A program made the translations under genes and the position numbers. Shown here in pieces: positions 1 to 10,790 of a DNA stretch of 64,000 bases. The stretch comes from Botryllus schlosseri (taxonomy: Eukaryota). The notes beneath the pieces were generated by a model. It did no database searches, was not told the DNA's origin, and saw only the letters and a list, made by a program, of their open reading frames with translations. How positions within the stretch are numbered: position 1 is the first letter of the stretch; each line of letters opens with the position of its first letter. Location: contig CM119384.1 of the NCBI GenBank assembly GCA_051294905.1, positions 6,262,001-6,326,000 on the forward strand, written 5' to 3'.

Positions 1-382
1 AATCTAGTGGCACGAAATTGCCCAAAGAAAAAATTTTCAAGTCGAATAAATCTCCCGCGAAATACTCGTATGAAAAATGTACTAATATTTACAAAATATT
101 ATGGCGGGGGAGGAGCAGAGATGCTCGGATTCCCAAATTTCGGGATCCAAATCTATCCGGACCGGATGGAAATTGATAATTCAGAGTCCGAAAAAATCCG
201 GCTGGTGAATTTCCAAATCGGAGTCAGAAAAAATCCGGCAAAAATCATGCAAAATTTTCATATGTCAGCAGAAAAATCCTGCTAAAATCCTAACGCTAAC
301 GCAAATTTAAAATCCGAATCCAGTCGGGCTACGTTAAAAATCGATGAAATCCTGCTCCTGAGCCGGACTATGACCAACTCTG
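1..382. mobile_element. Right end of a non-autonomous DNA-transposon-like repeat (AATCCGG-rich subterminal region)
   Basis: Many AAATCC(G/T)G motifs at 130-365, ending ...GACTATGACCAACTCTG (reverse complement CAGAGTTGGTC, a hAT-like terminus). The left end is not visible, so no TSD can be tested. Confidence 0.4.
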
Positions 383-2084
383 GGGAGGAGTGCCCCCTTT
401 CGTATACCCTGGCAACGACAATGACTTGGAACTGATTTTATTGGTCATTAACGTCCCAAAATAAGCGGTAAGACCGATCACTGTCTTGGTTGACCTTGCA
501 AATTCATGATAAAATACGAGGGCAATTTGTTTTTGGTAATACAAGTTGTTTCGAAACGCATGACCCACTCAAATTAAACCATCTCGCTGGCCAAAGTGAC
601 TTGCGTGCCACTGGTTTGCCACCCCTGCGTCTAGCCCTTCGTCGCGTATTGGTGAAAACACTAAATAGTCACTGATAGTACTCGAGCTGAAGCACTCCGA
701 TAATTTACATAAGTAACGAGTGGAAGTATAGCGATTTGAAAGGTATAGTAGAACCACTTATGTGTGGAACGACATGTTTGGAAATTACCCAAGCCGTTGC
801 AGATATTTCCTGACAATTGCCAGCGGTAGCTTTCAAAAGTACAGGAGCATCTTGAAGAGGAATAACCCAGAATGGGGTCCAATCACTGCTGAGATAAAAG
901 GGCTTATAGCCCTGTCGTTACTTTCACTCATGCAAATATATCCAATGACTACTTTCTGTTTGCCAAGTGCAAAAAGTAAGCAATTCAGCTTCAAAAATCG
1001 CAGAAATAGATGCGGTATAAATCTAAAACATAAGTGCTGTTAAAACAGTTGAGCAAGTCAACAAGTATAAATAATTCGTCATTGTTATTTATTGTTACCG
1101 GCAGAGTAAGACGTAGTTACGTTGTAGATTGCTATGGTTGGACCCTAGCGATAAATCTTCATTGTTGCTGGCGGTATTCCAGCTTGTGGCAGTTACAAGT
1201 AAGATCAACTACAAGGGTGGGTAGGATATCCTCTTTGGGGATTGTTGCCTCGTACTTTCCAATGTTTCATGTAGCTTTTGACAAAATACGCTGTTTTGCT
1301 GTTTGTTTAAGAATGTACAGGACTTCAGGCGAGTTGCTAAAGCCATAGCCTTTGTACAGGCTATGCTAAAGCTATGGAGAGCCTCTATCGAGTAGGGGTT
1401 AAACCCGCTCAGAGGCCAAACGCCAGACGCCAAACGCCGAGCGGCGGCCGAATGTCTATACGGCGTTTGGCGTCTGGTTTTCTGAGACGCCAAGTAGCTA
1501 TACGGCGTTTGGCGTCTGATATGGTGAGACGCCGAGTAGCTATACGGCGTTTGGCGTCTGCTATGTTCAGACGCCGAGTAGCTATACGGCGTTCGGCGTC
1601 TGGTATGTTGAGACGCCGAGTAGCTATACGGCGTTTGGCGTCTGGTGTCTCGGTGAACTGAGCAGAGGCTAAATCCTTTCATGGCGCGACTATTTAAGTT
1701 CCCGCAACTATATGATACCGAAGATTGCATATTGTTACATTTTTTTCATAATAAGCGTTGGCAGAATCCCAAATGATGGTATGTTCAGATTCAAAAAAGA
1801 CCTACTTGATCACCTCCTGTCGACTGTCGTTATACTACTAAGGTATTTTTTTGCTGACCTGAGTTATTTTCTTAAAAATGGATTTACTCATTCTATGGCT
1901 TATTCAAGAATGGTATATCACGACTAATAAATGAAAAATAGGCCCTAAACCTGCCTTTTATCTGTTACAATAAACATGTTCAGAGTGGGAAAAATGAACA
2001 TATGAAATATCCGAGGCCTTCGATATCACCCCCGAGAGTTCCACAGAAGTGACCTAAAGCTGAACTGGATGGGGGAACATTAAA

Positions 2085-2175
2085 CACCATAACTTGGACT
2101 CAACCCATTGCTCTCGGACTTGACTCGGTGTGAATTGAAAATGACTCGAGTCAAATTGACTTGGTTACAACCCTG
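2085..2175. mobile_element. Right-end fragment of the ~494-bp hAT-type MITE family (see 39911)
   Basis: GACTCGGTGTGAATTGAAAATGACTCGAGTCAAA...GGTTACAACCCTG matches the 3' ends of 39911-40404 and 49594-50087. Confidence 0.7.
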
Positions 2176-2189
2176 TCACCACCCCATAT

Positions 2190-2311
2190 CAGTGTTGGGA
2201 TGACTCGAATCATGACTTGACTCAAGTCACTTTGCTAAAATGACTTGACTCGAGTGAGTCAAAATGTGCAATGACTCGTGACTCGAAGGTAGTGACTTGA
2301 ACACAACACTA
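2190..2311. mobile_element. 122-bp internal-deletion derivative of the CAGTGTTGGGA hAT-type MITE family
   Basis: Starts CAGTGTTGGGATGACTC and ends GGTAGTGACTTGAACACAACACTA, the same termini as 16426-17076 and 42594-43536. No TSD is retained. Confidence 0.7.
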
Positions 2312-3030
2312 CAATTGTACACTCACAATGAATTTCAGACCCAAGTCTAGTAGCGTGTACTGTACAGTCAGTGTACGCACGAAACAACCATCAAATCACT
2401 TGCCCACTGGCCAATGATATGACATGCTTTGCTTAGATTTAGCTGCAGAAAACTCCTGTTCAAGCCTCAACCTTCAAATCAAACCCTATTCTCAACATAC
2501 CAGATGGCGAACGCCGTATAGCTACTCGGCGTCTGAACAGACACCAAACGCCGTATAGCTACTCGGCGTCTGAACAGACACCAAACGCCGTATAGCTACT
2601 CGGCGTCTGAACAGACGCCAAACGCCGTATAGCTACTCGGCGTCTGAACAGACGCCAAACGCCGTATAGACATTCGGCCGCCGCGCGGCGTCTGACGTCT
2701 GGCGTTTGGCCTCTGAGCGGGTTTAACCCCTGTTGCTCTATCACGTCCCGCACTAGTAATTCATTCGTGCTTACTTACGTCATCTTGTGGAAAATCAGTT
2801 CACTCCCAGTCATCTGTTTAATCGCCCAGAACTTCGTTAGTACCGGTCTACTTACTATCATATCATAGCTGAGTGCGAAGTAGGACTTTCATTCCGTAAG
2901 GTTTCATGGTTCGAAACGTTGGAATTTTAATCGATTTTGACATCTCATCTTTGAGGGCAAGGGTATTTTAATCTCTCTCATGCGTATAATCGGTATTTAT
3001 TATTGAACAAAACGGGAAGACAGAAAACTG

Positions 3031-3208
3031 CACTCTCTTTTGTGCCTTTCATATCATCTGCTTTACTTGTCATTCAATGTGCATGTCTCTTCTCTACTTT
3101 GCCTATGCCAAGGTGGGTGTCTGATATCGAAGACTACTCCAAGTCGTTTCGACACCTTCCTATCTTTTCATTGTATCGCAGTTTTGTGGTGTTATTTGGA
3201 AATGATGA
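3031..3208. repeat. Dispersed ~180-bp repeat, copy 1 of 3
   Basis: The core GTGTCTGA...CCAAGTCGTTTCGACA...TTTCATTGTATCGCA is shared with about 8665-8842 and 44090-44255. Confidence 0.85.
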
Positions 3209-4000
3209 GAATATTACTAAACTGATACTGAAACGTGTACTGAAACCTACTTGAGTGTTCAGTGCTGTGCTATGTAGCCACAGCCCACAGGCCCCCTCAT
3301 ATGTTGAGAGACCGATTTTTCCTGTGTTATGGTAGATGGTCCGGCCATATAAAAGTGAGATAGGCTTGTGGACAAAGAGTCCCAGTAATCGTCAAGGACG
3401 TGAACCATTAATTGCAGTTATGAAAAAAGATAACAGAGAAAAAATCAGTGCCGTGTTGGCTGTCATTATAAGAATTCAATTGGAGTTGGTAGCTACATGC
3501 TGTAAAGTTTCAGTAAACCTCAAACAAATGGACAACTAAGTGCAAAGGCACCGCCAGTCCACTCCTAACAAATTGAGGTCAAAAGAAAGTCACCAAAGAA
3601 AAAGAAATGGTATGTAATAACAAGAGGAGGTAGACTGGAATATTGTAAATGAGTGGGATGATACAATATGGATTCAATCCATCGGATTGAAATCTCATGA
3701 CTGTTTGATAAGTCTTCTCAAATTTCTGAGGGCTTTGTGAAACATACATTACCGTAATACTTATACTTACTTGGATCGGATGGTTCTTCTTAGTTCATTA
3801 GCCTTATCAAGGCTTTGTGTACATATTTTGCTCAAAATCCATGATATCTTGGTCTATGCAGTTACCATATTTATTTTACAATAGAGGCTAAACACAAATC
3901 ACGGTTTATCGATTGCAAATTTTCACAGTTAACCATGTCTATTGCTCGTCTTCCAGAAGATCAGTATTATTTTCCTATTGATTAATGATACCTCCCCAAC

Positions 4001-5308
4001 ATGTCATCTTACAACTACGGTGAAGAGCATCCCGAGGCGCCCTCCGACAGTTTCTACGAGATCGGCCAATACAAGAGAACTGTCACTCGGGTGGATAACG
4101 GCAACAAACAATGCGACGAGCTCGCTGCATTTCTAAAAGAGCGTGCGATGATCGAAGAGAACTATTGTAAAAATATAAAGGCGTGGGGCACCAAGTATAC
4201 CAAGATATTAGAAAAGGGCTCGTGCTACCATACCTTACAAGAAGCGTGGGGCTCGATGATTAAAGCTTCTGAAAAAATCGCGGAAATGCATTTGACCATA
4301 GCAAAGGAAGTAACGTCTACCGACGTGGAAGAAGTCAAAACCTGGAAAAAGTCAAATTACCGCACTCTCACTCTCGGGGGCTTGAAAGAGACAAAAAACT
4401 TTGCCGACGAGTTTTCCAAAGCGCAAAAACCGTGGGCGAAATTGTATAAAAAAGTAGTCGACGCCAAAAAGAGCTATTACAACGCATGCAAGGAAGAAAA
4501 GTCGGCGCAGACGCAGGAGAACACGGCCAAAAGTGACTCCACCCTGCCGCCGGAAAAAGTGAAGAAACTGCAAGAGCTAGTCGAAAAGAAAGGGCTAGAG
4601 CGGCAGAAACAAAAGGATAAGTACGAATCTGCGCTCAGCGACTTGGACGCCGGTAACTCGCGGTACATGGAAGAGATGGACCTAGTCTTCACAAAGTGCC
4701 AGGATTTCGAACACGACCGATTGACGTTTTTCAAAAAAATATTGCTGTCCGCCGAAGGCCATCTTGACATCTCCTCCCGTGGCGACTTGAAGCAACTGTA
4801 CGGCAACGTACATAATTCACTCACCCGCGCCGACGTAGATTCCGATCTCGAGTGGTGGCGTATAAACCACGGTCCAGGGATGGCCATGAACTGGCCCGTG
4901 TTTGAAGAGTACGATTCTGAAAGAATCCACATGCAGCGCAACATCAGCAAGAAGCAAAGCGCAAAAGCGTCTAAGCATGTGGCGGGTGTCGACGCGATAG
5001 GCACAGCGCAGTTTACGCAAAACGACGAATTCGCAACTTCGTATCCTGCTAACAATGCTCCCGACGAACACACGGCCGCTTGGAGCGATGATGATCAGAG
5101 CAACCCGTTTGCCGATCATGACGCTGAAGGCGGAGTGCCGGTGCAGGCATTGTATGATTACGAGGGCGCAGAGGAGGATGAGTTATCATTCAGCGCCGGC
5201 GATAGGCTTTACAGGCTGGAAGACGAGGACGAGCAGGGGTGGTGTAAAGGAAAAACGGACAACGGTAAGGTTGGGCTATATCCGGCGAATTACATGAAGG
5301 ATCTGTGA
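4001..5308 (+). CDS. PACSIN: PACSIN/syndapin: F-BAR domain, one NPF motif, C-terminal SH3; single coding exon
   Basis: 435-aa ORF with the family motifs SDSFYEIGQYKRTV, FSKAQKPWAK, HGPGMAMNWP and SNPF, plus the SH3 ALYDYEGAEEDELSF...GWCKG...GLYPANY. It is colinear with vertebrate PACSINs as I recall them, with no gaps requiring introns. Confidence 0.97.
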   Translation: MSSYNYGEEHPEAPSDSFYEIGQYKRTVTRVDNGNKQCDELAAFLKERAMIEENYCKNIKAWGTKYTKILEKGSCYHTLQEAWGSMIKASEKIAEMHLTIAKEVTSTDVEEVKTWKKSNYRTLTLGGLKETKNFADEFSKAQKPWAKLYKKVVDAKKSYYNACKEEKSAQTQENTAKSDSTLPPEKVKKLQELVEKKGLERQKQKDKYESALSDLDAGNSRYMEEMDLVFTKCQDFEHDRLTFFKKILLSAEGHLDISSRGDLKQLYGNVHNSLTRADVDSDLEWWRINHGPGMAMNWPVFEEYDSERIHMQRNISKKQSAKASKHVAGVDAIGTAQFTQNDEFATSYPANNAPDEHTAAWSDDDQSNPFADHDAEGGVPVQALYDYEGAEEDELSFSAGDRLYRLEDEDEQGWCKGKTDNGKVGLYPANYMKDL

Positions 5309-8012
5309 GAGTCGGCGCGGTGTATCACTAGAGCACGTTGCAAATCTATTTTATTCATATCGGGCACGTTTTGAGCGTTGATTTTCACTTGTTCCTAGCA
5401 GTCAGCGGGTTGATATGATCGCCATTTATTTGTTTCTGCGGTGTTATCAATATTGCTCGCGCTGAAATGAACAGAGCCTGTTTTTCTCGGACGTCCCTAT
5501 TTTCCTTCCTCTTTGATTAGATATATTTCGTTTTATTTAATGGTATCTCGCGGTTGATGATGTGTTTTTGATACTGCGTTGTATTGTGCCGGGTTCACCA
5601 ATGAATAATGGCGGTTTGCACCTCTCTGTTTCGAATGTTTCAATCGCGAATTTGGCTGAATATTATTGCATTTTCCGGATATAGACAATAGGCATATAAA
5701 GCTACAAGGAAATGATATCCGTTTGTGGAGATTATAGATCATTGATGCTTTGTAATGATTGTAATTTTGTAATAATTTGCAACCATGGTTTGAATATCTC
5801 GAATCTTCAAAGTCTGGTGGTGTTATGATCCAGGCTTGCGTGCCACGGTGCGAGAGCTATTGAACCTGTCTTCACATCTGCATTCGATATGTTTCGATGA
5901 TAGATATGGTGTTTAGGCACTTTTAGATATTATTTTGAATTGGATATTGTGACAGTGCATATTGCTCTTTCGGATAGGCGACTGCCAGTATGTTTCAAGT
6001 GAATCGATTGAAAATTTGCCAACATCGTCATCCTTGTGCATTGTGAACGTGTGAATTTCTTCATGCATTGTTCATAGATGTGTAAGTATTGTGTAAGAGA
6101 TTAGTAATATAAATATAATAGTTCCAAGTGTGTCATTGTGAATTCCATGATGTGTTGTTAGCCCGCAAATTTGACTGCATCGGTATGGAGTTTAGAGCAA
6201 TCTCATAGCAAGTCGTAGCTGCCTTGTGATAAATGTATCATTTATTCGGATATGTTACCTTGCTTATTTACACTTGATTTGATGAAGTTTACCATCCAGT
6301 TTCGTTGACGTAAATGTTTTGAGAGGTATTATCACAACTACATAACTGCACCTAATCAGTATCGTTACTTGGTGATCTCGTATTTGTCGCAACGAGTCGT
6401 CACTAGAAATCAGTAAGCTGATAAAGGTCCAGAATAGTATGCTGCAGAAGATGACTGCATTCATATTTTTTGTAGCTAAGCAATGTCTAGCGTCACTTGA
6501 TACAAATGGCGGGCAATTTACCCTGTCAATTGATTGTGTACACTTTTATTTCAAACAAATCACAGTACTATGTACTATTTGTACAGTTTCTATGTTACCC
6601 GGTAATTTTTTCATTCATTTTGAGTTGGAAATCGTGTCTGAAATGTACAAAACATTAATTAAACGGGTAGAAATAGTTTGTTCTATGCTCTTGATTTGAA
6701 ACTTATTAAATATTCTGAATATTAAATCGCCTAGTAATTTGTCCTTCTGTTTAGGTGTTCTCAAGGGTAGATAAGTAGTGAGAGTAAGAGCTTAGCATAA
6801 CGAAGTGGCTCTTGAATTCCTCTGAAAGGGAATAGGTAAGCACCAAGCATGTTCTTAGTGAATGGATTGGCTAGTTATCTTGTAATGGAATCGCTTATAC
6901 GAGATTTTTTTTCACGTTTTTTTTTTCACATACATATTTATTTTCGGTATTTTATCACACAATGTCCAGACACATCTTTTTAAAAAGTTCCTGACCAGGG
7001 TAAAAAATGCTGTTGTAAAGTGATGTTAATGTCCACTTTTTGTTGCGGCATTTTTGAAGCCGTGTAAACTGCGTATGGTATGAGCTCAATGTATGATGGC
7101 ATGGCTTAAGAGAATTAGTGACTACCGCTTTATGACTTGTTCAGTAGAGCCCAAACAGCAAATGACATCCGATGGTTGTCAATCATGATTTTCATAGCTC
7201 TTGGGCTTCTGATTCATGCATTTTTTATAACACTACTAAAATGTGATTTTAGTGGAATGGAAACTATTTGTAGAACACTGTTGAACCTCTTGATTGGTTT
7301 CCAGTAATGTTAGCTCGGACTTATTGATCCGATCCACGTGTGCGCTACTGTAACAACAACATTGAATCAGAATTGATGTTGCAATTATTTTGCTGTCATA
7401 AAGTAATCATGGTTGAAGAATTTACATTATCTAAGTATTTGCAGCACGAGTTGACACAGTTGTGTCAACTTGGAGACTAAATCATTGAATGTGTTATACT
7501 ATAGACAAAAACGTCCAGAGCATATTATGACTAATGTAAAGGTCATGAAGTTACCCCAAACTTGATTGCACCATACTGAAGTGTTTGTAATCGCTGAAAA
7601 GATGTCCCCTGGGATTCATTGCTCATGCTCATTTATCATATGATGAAACAAGGCCCTAAATTTTGACATCAAAGCGTTCTTGTGGTTTTCTGTTGAAACT
7701 ATCTGCAGAAGGCACACCACCATTTATAGAATCAGTGAAATACCAGCACACTGTGGTACTTGAGATATAGGCCTACATACTGACATATGAATACCGTGAA
7801 GGTCGAGTTATTTGTAAAAGATGTATCATCTCGGCCGTAACAACTTGAAAATTATTTTTTCAGCAGCCTTGATTAGTAGGATATAATAAGCCTCGTTGTT
7901 TTATTTTGAATGTTTGAATTGGTATTGGGGGAATTTACACTTTGTTAAAAGATCAGGAAGCTTTAGTAAATGCACAGTATCAGAACGAACCTAGTGCATT
8001 TGTGGCTTACTG

Positions 8013-8337
8013 CAGGGGTCGGCAACAAGTTTCAAAATGAATTTTTTCTCGCAGCTATTTTCATAAAACACAAGATCTTCAATGTTGAAATTTTTTTTGC
8101 AACTCGTACACTTTGAGGACGCTAAAAGATGCTTAGTATGGCAGTAACACACATGCTTCGATTAAAGAGGTGTACTTACTGAAAAATTTAATCAATGATC
8201 TTGACCACTATATTCTGAATCTATATTTACCTTGCAAAAGCATACGAACTTTTTAATGGACCAGAAACGAAATTCCTATGGACATTGGACAGGTGCCTGT
8301 ACTGTAGGCTACGCGCAGCCAAGATTGCCGACCACTG
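8013..8337. mobile_element. hAT-type MITE, TSD not retained
   Basis: TIR CAGGGGTCGGCAAC at 8013 pairs with ATTGCCGACCACTG ending at 8337. The flanking 8-mers differ. Confidence 0.55.
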
Positions 8338-8664
8338 TATTTATTTGCAACCACTATAAATCATTAAATGGCGGAATGTAAATTTTGCTATGGATTTTTA
8401 ACAGTTGAAACATACAAGCTTTATAAATTGGATACCATATTCAAGTGCCGTAAACGTCGTCCAACTACCATATGGTGGACAAAAAAAATCATCGCTCTGT
8501 CAAATATGCCGGACCTGATTTTTGGAACAGTATCTCGCCGGCTATCCGACAGCCATGTCCACATTCAAGTCGAAATACAAACAATTTCTACTGTATCAAT
8601 ACTAGTTAGCCCTCTAGTCTACCGGACCACAACCTGACATATCGATCTCGCCTTCCGACACATG

Positions 8665-8842
8665 CCACCTTTTTGTCACTTTTCCTTTTATATTGTCTTC
8701 TTTCAGTTCTCATTCAGTGTGCATGCCTCCTTTTTTACATCGCCTAGGCCAGGTGGTGTCTGAATTCGAAGACTACTCCAAGTCGTTTCGACACCTTCGT
8801 GTCTTTCATTGTATCGCAGTCTTGTGGCGCATTGAAATGATG
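8665..8842. repeat. Dispersed ~180-bp repeat, copy 2 of 3, ending ~40 bp upstream of the OGG1 ATG
   Basis: Matches 3031-3208 and 44090-44255 in the same orientation. Confidence 0.85.
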
Positions 8843-8885
8843 AAATTTTTAGCAATTTCAATTGAATTTCATTTTTTCAGATATC

Positions 8886-9896
8886 ATGTCGAAATGGAAC
8901 AGCATCCCCTGTTCATTGACCGCTCTCGATATAGGAATAGTTCTAAAGTGTGGGCAAAGTTTTCGGTGGGATTTGTTTGATGGTTGCTGGATAGGCGTAC
9001 TTTGCGGCAAAGTTTGGAAGCTAAAACAAGATGATACCTGTATCTGGTACAAGACTCATGACCGTGACCAACATAAAGCAAGCAAAAGAAAGAATAGTTC
9101 CGGCAAAGGTGCCGCGTATGGCAAAAAGACTAAAATGAATATCGATGATGCTGTCGGCACCATTTCTAAACACAGCGACCAAGATAAAGATATCTTACAT
9201 GACTACTTTCAACTTGGGATTAATTTAACAGACCTCTGCAACCAGTGGTCGAAAGTTGATGATCACTTTGATAGCATACACAAAAAATTCAAAGGGGTGC
9301 GCATGTTGCGACAAGATCCTGTGGAAAATCTATTTTCTTTTATTTGCTCGTCCAATAATAACATTACAAGGATCGCATCGATGGTAGAAAAAATGTGTGA
9401 ATCTTTCGGGGATAAAATAGCTACAGTGGACGGTAAAGATTATCACACCTTTCCCGAGATTAGCGCCCTTGCCAAGAGTGATACAGAAGATATTTTGAGG
9501 AAACTAGGGTTTGGATATCGTGCCAAGTATATCCATCAGAGCGCAGTGAAGATTGCTCAATTCGGTGGCTCTGAGTGGTTGTATGGACTGCGTTCTTTAC
9601 CGTATGCAGATGCGCATGCAGAACTTACCAAACTACCGGGCATCGGTGCTAAAGTAGCCGATTGTATTTGTATGATGTCATTGGATAAGTCGCAAGCTAT
9701 CCCTGTCGATACACATGTGTGGCAAATTGCAGTCCGAGACTATAAAATCACCACTCTCAGAAATACAAAAACGCTCACGGCTTCGTCATACAAGTCAATA
9801 GGTGAGCACTTTCGCAATTTATGGGGAAGCCACGCGTCTTGGGCTATGAATTTCCTATTCGTGGCAGACCTAAAACAATTTCAACACCGTAAATGA
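8886..9896 (+). CDS. OGG1: 8-oxoguanine DNA glycosylase/AP lyase (HhH-GPD family), single coding exon, ~336 aa
   Basis: Motifs CGQSFRW, SSNNNITRI, LGFGYRA, LPGIGAKVADCI (catalytic Lys), IPVDTHVWQIA (catalytic Asp) and HFRNLWG...LFVADL. The ATG at 8886 follows TTTTTCAG (8873-8880), a likely acceptor. The track's TTG start at 8862 is unlikely. Confidence 0.96.
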   Translation: MSKWNSIPCSLTALDIGIVLKCGQSFRWDLFDGCWIGVLCGKVWKLKQDDTCIWYKTHDRDQHKASKRKNSSGKGAAYGKKTKMNIDDAVGTISKHSDQDKDILHDYFQLGINLTDLCNQWSKVDDHFDSIHKKFKGVRMLRQDPVENLFSFICSSNNNITRIASMVEKMCESFGDKIATVDGKDYHTFPEISALAKSDTEDILRKLGFGYRAKYIHQSAVKIAQFGGSEWLYGLRSLPYADAHAELTKLPGIGAKVADCICMMSLDKSQAIPVDTHVWQIAVRDYKITTLRNTKTLTASSYKSIGEHFRNLWGSHASWAMNFLFVADLKQFQHRK

Positions 9897-10149
9897 ATCT
9901 TGTTTGAATGTCAGCGTACACGTTAGCATTTGTGGAATGTGTAGTGCAATCCAAACGTGTTTGCTTTAGCTTTTGAAAGCTAGCATTGTAAACACATGTA
10001 TTCATTAGTGGGATGGTCAATCGAAAGGTTGTCGCTGGCTTGTTGGCATGACTTCTCATGTTTGTAAACTAGCCGATCATCCATAAGCATGTAGCGGTAT
10101 CAATTCAATTTATTAAAACTTATTCATTGACTTTGACTGTATAAAAATC

Positions 10150-10790
10150 AATGTGGAGTATCTCTATGTGCAGTTGGTTGTGTGGCCATAGGTCTAACTC
10201 TCAAGCCGTTTATTTTCGTAATGATCATATTCGGACACTTTGGTACTGTTCCTTCATTTACCCATTGCTGATGGCTCAAGTGAGGCATGGGATGAGCTTT
10301 CCAATGCAAACTACGACGCCTTACTTTACAATCAAGCTTTATATACTTGCTTCCATTAATATCCACCAATAAGATTGTGGCGAAATCTGATGCTAATATG
10401 TACACAATAAATAGGGCGGTATGATATTTTCAATGAGCTTTATGAGGCGTGGATCAAATATCAGAGAGTCAATAGTATTTGTGGGTGCCGGTGTGTTTTA
10501 AGTAACGTCATACGTTGATTTAGCCTGGGCTGGCACATGTCAGATGTCACACTTAGACATTTGATCATATATGTAACTCGTTTATGGCTGCTAAAAATGG
10601 CACGGAAAAGACATGCATTTCTGTGTTGAAATCTACTAAAATAGTGCAAAATGCTTGAATGCATGATAATCTAGGTATAGACAGATTGGTGTCGGTCCAT
10701 TCTGGACTGCACGAGTCAAAAAGCTGAGATGCTTTTCCTTTGCATACGGTAGCCAATACATATCTGAAAGTTTTTTTTTCATCCATTCAT
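10150..10790 (-). mobile_element. Highly decayed non-LTR retrotransposon (RTE/L2-like) ORF2 C-terminal fragment
   Basis: Three successive minus-strand ORF fragments echo the post-RT LINE motifs in the correct order: KTFRYVLATV...LFDSCSPEWT (cf. K.RIY...V...LLYG.ETW), RFQHRNACLFRAIF...KRVT (cf. F..RCLR.I...DRV) and KVRRRSLHWKAH (cf. I..RRLRW.GH). Frameshifted; pattern recognition only. Confidence 0.4.

Larger units (their letters stand above)
1394..2731. mobile_element. Foldback-type element with long inverted arms built from tandem repeats
   Basis: AGGGGTTAAACCCGCTCAGAGGCCAAACGCCAGACG at 1394 is the reverse complement of 2696-2731. The left arm has ~5 x 42-bp units (about 1456-1650) and the right arm ~4 x 37-bp inverted units (about 2510-2670). 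CTCTATC occurs 4 nt outside each end (1383-1389 and 2736-2742). Confidence 0.8.

Noticed and set aside
7-285. 92-aa ORF, and the Arg-rich ORFs at 1209-1730, 1374-1661 and 2559-2753
   Set aside because: They fall within transposon subterminal or tandem repeats, and their periodic peptides simply translate the 42/37-bp units.
1456-1650. CRISPR-like look: palindromic repeats with variable inserts
   Set aside because: The variable parts are only 5-7 nt, the context is eukaryotic, no cas genes are present, and the array is one arm of a foldback element.
7000-7900. Faint RT-like words (DVPWDS, HLSYDE, GTPPFIESVKY) on the plus strand
   Set aside because: Motif spacing is wrong for RT domains, frames are full of stops, and the similarity cannot be distinguished from chance without an HMM search.
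8862-8885. TTG-initiated N-terminal extension of OGG1 (and ATG 11239 for TSC1) in the ORF track
   Set aside because: The extensions are AT-rich, include a pyrimidine tract/acceptor-like sequence, and lie upstream of where homology begins.
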